DNA from: Octopus sinensis
Taxonomy: Eukaryota
Direction: 5' to 3'
Assembly (NCBI RefSeq): GCF_006345805.1
Contig: NC_043003.1
Coordinates: 32,240,001-32,304,000, forward strand
DNA: 64,000 bases
Within the stretch, counting starts at the first letter, position 1; each line of letters opens with the position of its first letter. The notes beneath the pieces are model-generated. The model was not told where the DNA came from. It searched no databases and saw only the letters and a list, made by a program, of their open reading frames with translations. The position numbers were made by a program, and so were the translations under genes. Of this stretch, positions 54,971 through 64,000 are shown piece by piece.

Positions 54971-56788
54971 GGAATTCGAACCACCTCAAAGCCTTTTTGC
55001 CCGCAGTAGAGGAAGCACGAAGCTCTCCACCGTTACTACCAAGTCTCAAAGGGGGGGGACAAAGCCATTACCTCGCATCTGCTTCCTTCCTTGACTTCAT
55101 ACTAATAGGCCTTTCTTGGAGATAAGAGAAAGTCTGAATATGAACTAAACAGAAACCAGCAGACATTATATAATGTATTCCTAGATATACTATGCCAATA
55201 ATTGTTAAGACATTCTCTCATTAAAAAAGAAACATTACATTCGTTTGTACAACCCTCGAAATTATATATAAAAAAATATAAGGAAAATAATCATGCTAAG
55301 GACGTCTTTGAATATATCTCTGCTTCGAAAGGGTTGACTCGAATTTAAAGAAGTCCATCGATTTATTATAGCGTGTAGTAGTCCCAGACAATTAGTTGCC
55401 TATTTTCAATACGACCGTTAATATAAATCAGGAGTAATAGTGCGTCCAACGAGGAAACACAGTGAAGCATGCCTCTAGTTATAGACACAGCATATGAGGT
55501 AACGTAGTTAATGAAGTTAGCTAGAAAGAAAAAAGAGAATCAATTAAGTATATCCGTTGCCACAAGGAAAAGAAAGCAACAGCTTAATGGGCAATGTTTA
55601 CCAAATGTAATGAACATAAAGAGGTTCAAAATCCTGAAATTTTAATTAATTAATTGAAAACACTAACTTGAGGGCTAATATAAATTAGATCTTAAATTTG
55701 ACAAGTATGGTGGCAATTTTCGATATATTTCTGTTGTATTACGTCACCAATGAAATACAGAGACTCGTTAGTTCCTGTCAGAAATCTAAATTAGTTTCGA
55801 ACGTTTTATAACCTCAACTTTATGGACCATTCAGTCTCCTCGTCTATTTTTCCTTTGTTACTTCTCCCTGTTTATCTCTCGATAACCTTTCGCTCCGCTT
55901 CTCTCTACCTGTTCAAAGTCTTGCCAATTTTCTTCCCATTCAGCCACTGTCTGTGCTTCTGTTTGTTTGCCTCTCTCTCTCTCTCTCTAACTCTTTCTTA
56001 TTCTTATTCTCTCTCTCAATCATTCACTCTCTCATTGTGTCTGCCTGTGTTTCTTCTCCCCCTCTCCCTCTCTCTCTCTCTCTCTCTTTCTTAGTCTCTC
56101 TCTATCTACATACATGCACATATGTGTGTGTTTGTGTGTGTATCTTTTATCTTTTACTTCTTTCTGTCAAAATGTTGCGGCCATGCTGTGGCACCATCTT
56201 GAATAGTTAAGTCGAGCGCATCGGACCCAGTTCTTACATTTTTTAAAATCTAATACTTATTCTATCGGTGTTATTTTGCCGAACCGCTAGTTGGCAGGAA
56301 CGTAAACACACTAACTCCGGTTCTTTGAGTTTCCGTCCACCAAATCCACTCCCAAAGCCGTGGTCGGCCTGAGGCTATAATCCATGTGATTGTGAAGAAA
56401 ACTTTTTTATCACAAAGGCACGCTTGACCCTATATATGCTCTTTTATTCTTTTACTCTGTTACTTGTTCTAGTCATTTGACTGCGGCCATGCTGGAACAC
56501 CATCTTAAAGGGTATTTATTCGAATAAATCGATCCCATGACTTAGTTTTTAAGCCTAGTACTTATTCTATCAGTCTCTTTACCCAAACCAGTAAGTTATA
56601 GGGGCGTAAATACACCAACAACGGTTGTCGAGCTGTAATGAAGGGAAACACAGATAAAAAGACACACACTCACACACACATGATCACACATACACACACA
56701 TACACACACATGTATATATATACATATATACAATGGGCACTTGACCAAGTTGCCAAATAATGGGACTGAATCGAGAACTGTGTGGCTG

Positions 56789-56850
<62 letters not shown>

Positions 56851-56998
56851 ATCAAAGCAATTAAGATTCAAGTAAATTCCGATGAATTTACTTGAATGTG
56901 GTACTTAACTTAGATGCACCAGAAAAACTATATGGTGTTAACCATACAATAATATGGGGTGATTATAAACGAGAAAGAAGCAACAAGAATGGATTAGT

Positions 56999-57089
56999 TT
57001 TTAGTACAATTGTTTCATACAAAGACAGGCTTTATTACAAGTTGCAAAAATTGCAGCAGATAAAAGTGTCCCGTACTCATCAGCTAAAA
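56999..57089 (-). ncRNA. Type I hammerhead ribozyme
   Basis: Reverse complement of 59967-60057. Confidence 0.85.
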
Positions 57090-58551
57090 TACATTTGAGT
57101 TCTCTAGACATCTTAGTGGGTGAGGTTATACTCATGAAATATTGGAGATAATTCCATTAGAGGCAGATATAGGTTGTAAACAGTTTTCCAAAGTTCCTTA
57201 ATGATGATGCACAGTCTTATCACAGATTTTTAAAAACTTATTAGTTTCGAAGAGAAGATGAATCAATCCATAGTGTAGATTTAAATTTCCAGAGATATGA
57301 GGAGGATGATGCACAGACTTATCACAGGTTTTTAAAAACTTATTAGCTTCACAGAAAAGGTGAATTAATCCATAGTGAAGATTTACATTTCCAGTGGTAA
57401 GAGGAGGAATTTCATACTCACAGACGATGTATTTAACCATTATTAATCTACAATCATTTCATGCTATATGATAAGGTAATTTGCCATGTTACTGCTCTCC
57501 GTGCAAAACTGCTATGTTGAGATTTCTAAAGGCTGAAGGAATTTATTTGTGGGGCAAAGAAAAATAAAATAAAAGAAAAAGGAAAGAGACAAGGAAAAAA
57601 GAAAAAGAAAAAGGAGAAGAAGAAGAAAGAAGGAAAAGAAAAAGAAAAAGAAAAAAGAAAGAGAAACGGGGGAGAAGGATAGAAAAGAAAAAGAAAGAGA
57701 AAAAGAAAAAGAAAAAAGAAAAAGGAAAAGAAAAAAAGAAAAAAGTGGAATAGGGAGAAAAGAAAAGGCGCCTATATAGAGTATACTGCGACAACTTAGC
57801 GGGAGGGGGTTTTAAAGTGACCAAATACAGAAGAATTTGTTGATAACTTAGTTAGCTTGAATCTTTAAGGATTCAGGAACTATGAGGAAAAAATTATTTT
57901 TTTGACCAGTACACAGCTATTTACTATCAACCTGACACGGATGAAAGCAGATATGAATCTAAAGAGAATTTAAAGAGATAAACAAGGTCAGGGGTAGAGG
58001 GGTCAAAAGCTATCGTCAAAAGGAAATACAATAAGAGAAAGGATCTAAGTGCAACCTTAACCAGAGGTCATTTAAATTATTTATTTATTTATTCATGTTA
58101 CTGTCTTAAAAATTGTAGCCGTTACTATCAATACATTAACGGACTACCGGTCAAAAGCTAGAATTTAATTAACAAGGTGTGATGGAATTGTCTATTTTAT
58201 TGAAGTTTATCATACTACTTTCAAGGGAGTTTCTTCACTTAATTAATTTTGTAATAGAATTGTTAAGCCTTAGTAACTTAATTTATTAAAGTAGTGTTAC
58301 CTAAACTAGATTAAGTTCCAGAATTAAAAATTTAAAATTAAGATTTAAGAATTAAGAATTAAATAAACTTTCATTTAAGCAATGTACGAATACTATTTTA
58401 TTTCCCAATGCTTAAAATCAGGTGTAGTTTCAAAGAAAAAGATAAGTATAGTGTGAGAAATCGCAGATATCTACTTAAAAGTAATGTTATACTATTAAAG
58501 ACCCGGTTATATTTATCTACCTATCTTGTTATGATTATTCTATACAGTTAT

Positions 58552-59160
58552 TCACTTAAAATATTTTAGGGTCTTCAATTTAGCGTGGACACAAACTTGT
58601 CCTACTTCAATATGGTTATTTAACAAGTTCCTATTTTTTCTATGCCTTAGAATTTCATAGGTCTCCATTGAGCAGAGTTGGCAACCAACCCTGCTATTTT
58701 TATACGGTATTGCTCTCCTAACTATTTCCCAATTAAGATTATAATTCTTGTTATTATTTTTGAGTTCCCAGATTTTACTTGAAAGTGTGGTGGTACCAGC
58801 TTTATGACGTAATCCAAAAGATGAGATGTGATTTCTAACTCTTTTATGAAAATTTATTGTGCACCCAATGTAAAAAAATTGTTATTCTCAGTAGATATGG
58901 TACATTTATAGATTACGTTATTTTCCCCGCAAAGACCGGGTGCCGGGCATCTTGACTTAATTCTACACTTACACGCAGGAGGAACAACTTCAGAAGTTGG
59001 ATTATTCATGGGTAGATGTCTTATGTTCTTATTATTATGATTATCATGAGTATAATTATCCTTATTATTATTATTATTTTTATAGTTGGTGCTGTTATCT
59101 AAAGCATTGTTATTATTTATTGATCCTATTGCTCCATCTTTTAGGTCTAAAGTCCTACCA
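58552..59160 (-). pseudogene. GIY-YIG endonuclease domain with Asn-rich linker (one frameshift)
   Basis: Manual translation: CKCRIKSRCPAPGLCGENNVIYKC..NF/YIGCTINFHKRVRNHISSF..TTLSSKIWELK..NWEIV..PY..CQLCSME..LLNN..CVH..*; absent from the ORF track. Confidence 0.9.
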
Positions 59161-59615
59161 TAATTTTTTCCTCATAGTTCCTGAATCCTTAAAGATTCAA
59201 GCTAACTAAGTTATCTACAAATTCTTCTGTATTTGGTCACTTTAAAACCCCCTCCCGCTAAGTTGTCGCAGTATACCCTATATAGGCGCCTTTTCTTTTC
59301 TCCCTATTCCACTTTTTTCTTTTTTTCTTTTCCTTTTTCTTTTTTCTTTTTCTTTTTCTCTTTCTTTTTCTTTTCTATCCTTCTCCCCCGTTTCTCTTTC
59401 TTTTTTCTTTTTCTTTTACTTTTCCTTCTTTCTTCTTCTTCTCCTTTTTCTTTTTCTTTTTTCCTTGTCTCTTTCCTTTTTCTTTTATTTTACTTTCTTT
59501 GCCCCACAAATAAATTCCTTCAGCCTTTAGAAATCTCAACATAGCAGTTTTGCACGGAGAGCAGTAACATTGCAAACTACCTTATCATATAGCATGAAAT
59601 GATTGTAGATTAATA

Positions 59616-59858
59616 ATGGTTAAATACATCGTCTGTGAGTATGAAATTCCTCCTCTTACCACTGGAAATGTAAATCTTCACTATGGATTAATTCACCTTT
59701 TCTGTGAAGCTAATAAGTTTTTAAAAACCTGTGATAAGTCTGTGCATCATCATCCTCATATCTCTGGAAATTTAAATCTACACTATGGATTGATTCATCT
59801 TCTCTTCGAAACTAATAAGTTTTTAAAAATCTGTGATAAGACTGTGCATCATCATTAA
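59616..59858 (+). other. 80-aa ORF with a 102-bp (34-aa) tandem duplication; mirror copy at 57198-57440(-)
   Basis: GNVNLHYGLIHLFCEANKFLKTCDKSVHHH repeated; coding status unproven. Confidence 0.3.
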
Positions 59859-59966
59859 GGAACTTTGGAAAACTGTTTACAACCTATATCTGCCTCTAAT
59901 GGAATTATCTCCAATATTTCATGAGTATAACCTCACCCACTAAGATGTCTAGAGAACTCAAATGTA

Positions 59967-60057
59967 TTTTAGCTGATGAGTACGGGACACTTTTATCTGC
60001 TGCAATTTTTGCAACTTGTAATAAAGCCTGTCTTTGTATGAAACAATTGTACTAAAA
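59967..60057 (+). ncRNA. Type I hammerhead ribozyme
   Basis: Stem I TTTTAG/CTAAAA, CTGATGA 59973-59979, long stem II GTACGGGACA/TGTCTTTGTAT, GAAA 60040-60043, palindromic stem III CAATTG, GUA cleavage triplet. Confidence 0.88.
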
Positions 60058-60085
60058 ACTAATCCATTCTTGTTGCTTCTTTGTC

Positions 60086-60128
<43 letters not shown>

Positions 60129-60129
60129 C

Positions 60130-60161
<32 letters not shown>

Positions 60162-61859
60162 CAGTATGCAATGTTTTATGTTTTGCCGAAAAGGAAAACT
60201 CTATAATCGTCACTAAATATGGTTAGTTTGTTAGAACACCAACGTTGCTAGAAATAAGAGCTAAAAAGCTTTAATTCTGTAGTCAAAGTACATAATTGTA
60301 TACATATGTACAGCGCGCACGCAATTTTTGTATAGCAATCTGTCGATCTGCAAAATGTGTTGTGTGTAGTAAAGTGTATGAGTAAGAAATGTGTCGTAGC
60401 ATATAAACTTTGGCCGAGTGACCATAAAGGATAATTCAGTCTTCCTATAATTTGTCATAAATTTAGGTTGATGTTGAACCCCGCAAGTGCATCTTTTACA
60501 GAAACGGAAATCAATGCATAAGATATCAATTGAACCGAAAACTTCTAACTCGTTAAAGCTGAATGACATGCGCGGGCGCACATATAAATATATATGTGTG
60601 TATGTGTATGTGTGTGTGTATGTATGTGCACATTCTCTGAGAGAAAAAGATACTAGGAGAAAGGAAACTGATCATGTTAGAGAGATGAAAGAAGGAATTT
60701 TAAGATCATTAGTAGTGTCTGCAAATGCTAGCGTTCCACTCATAAATTCAAAATATACACGGATGCATTAAATGAAAAATAAATGTAACGTAGCGTAAAT
60801 AAATAGGTAGAGTAGCACACATACACATAGACATACATATACATACACGCACACATATATCTGTTTAGATGTATGTATGTATCTATCTATATATTTATCT
60901 ACACACACACAGACGCGCACGCACACATACGTTTATATATTGCTATATCGCAGATGTTTTTACTTCAGCTACAGATAACGAGATAACAAGAGGATGAAAA
61001 TCTGAAAGACAAGAAGTAACTATTTAATGCGAATCAGTCAGACCATGATATGTAGGTTACATGATATATTAACATATGTGAAGGGAATTCATCTGAAGAA
61101 CTTTTAATTATAGAAGAAACATAATACGTAGCGTAAATAGACAAATAGATTTTAGATAGCTCATTAACACCGAAAGGTTGATAATATTATTGTTGCCTTT
61201 TTTGTTGTCATGTTTCCAGGGGATACATGACATATGTTACTATAGAAAGTAGTCGCATGATCAACATATGTGCAATTCACGCGTGTAACACAGTTGATGC
61301 ATCAACGCAAATATATCAGCCTTGTTGAATACCATATTGCAGATTCAATATGCAGAGGTTATAGTTAATCATTTGGTGTGTAGTTTTATAGTGCTGGCAT
61401 GCTTATACCTTATTTGTCCAGCATACAAATTGGTGTTTTTCAGACTAACATTTTCAGTTTCCAAAAGAAAAAGTAGGTCTCGAGAACTTCCATGAAAAAT
61501 GTAGTAGGATTTCGAATGATAGTGAGAATGTTTCAATGTTTACACTCCATATTTACATTCTATACTGCGTCGATTTGTATACCGAGAAATATGGCATGAC
61601 CTGATTGTCCAGATTGTGTTTGTATGGCATTGATTGTTATTTAGTCTATGTACTGATTTGATTGAACAGAACTGTGATCCAAGTCGTTCCAGTTATGGCG
61701 AATCTGCTCTGTCGTATGGCAGCAGGTCATGCAGTACCTGCAGTAAATTTCGTAGACGGTAGAGAGAACAGCTGAATATCATTGTATTTCAGATGATGAT
61801 TTAATCTAGAAAGTATCAAAAAAGTGGCACTTTGGGAAAGTGTCTCCTTTTTTAGCCCC

Positions 61860-62135
61860 GGTAAATTAAGTAACTTACTTCATATCCTTGGAAATAGTCA
61901 TCTTGTGCAGCAATACACCGGTCCCGGCGTTCCTGCCACTTTTGGAATCCAATCCTGACTGAAAGTCGCTTTCCTAAGCGGACTTTCTACGATTCGCTCT
62001 GGATCTCCACAACGGTATTAAAACTGAAGCTGTGAGCTGCATTTTCCTCTTTGCGAACAGACGGAAATCCGAAGGTGCTAATCTGGGGAATAGGATTGGT
62101 TCAGAAGCAATACTTATATTGTTTTCGGCGCGAAA
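61860..62135 (-). mobile_element. mariner 3' fragment (family of 23173-23999)
   Basis: YSPD/LAPSDFRLF relic; GGGACCGGTGTATTGCTGC matches 23882-23900. Confidence 0.7.
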
Positions 62136-62760
62136 CCCACGAGTGACGAGAGCTTGGTGTTAGTTTGTGTTGTTCTCGTAAAGAAACCAATTTGGCGGGG
62201 ATATGCGCGGGAGAAGTGGATAATGTTGGCACCATGGCTTTGCTATCTATACAGGTTGGTTCGGCATTCTTAATATATCTGGAAGCGCCTCAGCAATGAT
62301 TTGTACATTCGTTATTGATTTTAATCTCATTTTTTGACGCCCAACTTGCGACCCTATTATTTCAATTTCATTATTGATTATTAATTATTTATTTTTGGAT
62401 ATTCCCCACTTTCCACCAAAGGTTTTTTCGATCTTATCAAAATATTTAAATCTACATTTATGTTTTACTGTTAATTTTCACACACCCCAATCACCTAACT
62501 TGCAACGAAAATTACCCATTATGGTTAGAAAACTGGCCAGTCAATCAAATTAAAATACTTATCGGTTGATTTGAATTACAAGTACATTTTCATTCAGTAA
62601 TCGTCACAAGTGTCCGGTGAACAGGAACGTGAAACTCTGAGTTACAGTTTTGTGACAATTTCGCAACTTTAATGAAAGTATATGTATAAATAAATAAATA
62701 AATAAATAAATACATATATATATATAAAATAAAAGTATATGTATAAATAAATAAATAGAT

Positions 62761-62809
<49 letters not shown>

Positions 62810-62812
62810 ATA

Positions 62813-62995
62813 TAGGAAGAATTCATGAAAAAAAACAAAAGACGAAGACAGGTGGTGTAGAAAACAAACAGATGTATTAGTATAACGCTCAGGAATTGAA
62901 AAAGTATTTTACGTTTCGAGCCGACGCACTTCCACAGAAAGGAACACACAAAGAAACAAGGAGAGCAAAAAATGTGTGTTATGGCTACCGATCTA

Positions 62996-63074
<79 letters not shown>

Positions 63075-63100
63075 TATACATATGTATATAAATATATATA

Positions 63101-63153
<53 letters not shown>

Positions 63154-63163
63154 TATACATATG

Positions 63164-63209
<46 letters not shown>

Positions 63210-63422
63210 TTTTCGCAATAATAGATCGCTAGCCACTACACATTTTTTATTTTTTCTCTTTATTTTCTCTCTTTGGTTCTTTCTGTGTTCCTTTCTGTGG
63301 AAGAGCGTAGGCTCGAAACGTTAAAGCCTTTTTCACTTCCCGAGCGTTATACTAATAGATCTGTTTGATGTCTACACCATCTGTCCTCGTCTTTTCTTTG
63401 TTTTTTTGTGTGAATTATCCAT
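62813..63422. mobile_element. Miniature inverted-repeat PLE-type element with two hammerhead motifs
   Basis: ~190-bp diverged arms (62813-62998, 63220-63422) around (CA)n(TA)n; HHR motifs 62906-62941(-) and 63291-63326(+); TA-rich flanks. Confidence 0.8.
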
Positions 63423-64000
63423 ATATACACACACACACACGCACATATATATGTGTGTGTGTGTCTGTGTATGTATATTTGTATGTATGTACATGTATAT
63501 GCATACAGACACACTTTTATATGCATCTGAATGATCTTACATATTCCCTGTTTCATGACTTGATTTCAATTGTAATCTCCTAATTAGCCGTAAACTGCAT
63601 GTTTTATGAAGCTCTGATTTGTCAGTTCCTTACATATCCAAGTGCACGTATGATCACATATAAGCTATAATGCGAATGCTGGGTTGTGGATCAAAAGATT
63701 GAACGCAAAAGAGTGAAAACAATGCTTGTTAAACGAAAGCATGACACAAATTTCCGCCCCTTACAATCATTTGATCACTGGACATATTCATTTTTAAACT
63801 GAAAGAAAGAAAAGCGAAAGTTCAGTTTTAAGAAAATTTATAGAGCAGATTTATTCGAAAAATATAGTATTTATATTTTCGCTTATCACTTTAAAAACAG
63901 GCTTTTCAAAAATATTCTTTTGAAAACGCTATATAGTTGTCTTTTGAGACTGATTTACTTGTTTTCTGAAAACATTTGAAACTCAGTGTTTTGCTTTTTA

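Larger units (their letters stand above)
56969..60088 (-). mobile_element. PLE (Naiad-type) with ~930-bp inverted terminal arms (56969-57897 / 59160-60088)
   Basis: Arms differ at only scattered positions; each carries a hammerhead near its outer end; GIY-YIG lies in the spacer; right end abuts (TA)n. Confidence 0.9.

Noticed and set aside
57543-57824. Phe-rich 'membrane protein' ORFs (also 59233-59544)
   Set aside because: Product of a polypyrimidine tract in the PLE arm; the two arms differ in frame at the 3' end.
58552-59000. Selenocysteine recoding, reported for some Naiad PLEs
   Set aside because: All conserved Cys positions here are TGT/TGC; no in-frame TGA.

Overview
AT-rich, microsatellite-dense eukaryotic repeat DNA. 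The SINE families and (TA)n/(TAA)n load look like an octopus/coleoid cephalopod genome; this is an inference. No host gene can be supported. The window is a mosaic of non-LTR retrotransposons (R4/Dong-type, RTE, Tx1/L1-type), many Penelope-like element (PLE) pieces with Naiad-type RT and GIY-YIG domains, tRNA-derived SINEs, Tc1/mariner relics, a pogo-like MITE and two tandem non-autonomous Helitrons. The main signal is a set of hammerhead ribozyme (HHR) motifs in back-to-back inverted repeats. One is a 3.1-kb PLE (56969-60088) with ~930-bp inverted arms, each ending in a canonical type I HHR, around a near-intact GIY-YIG domain. Three are miniature non-coding palindromic elements (38.8, 47.9 and 62.8 kb); the readable HHR cores in them are non-canonical (G3:C8 swap, U6, often U17). 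There are also fold-back inverted duplications of host DNA at microsatellites beside retroelement insertions. All alignments, translations and folds were done by eye, so many boundaries are approximate.
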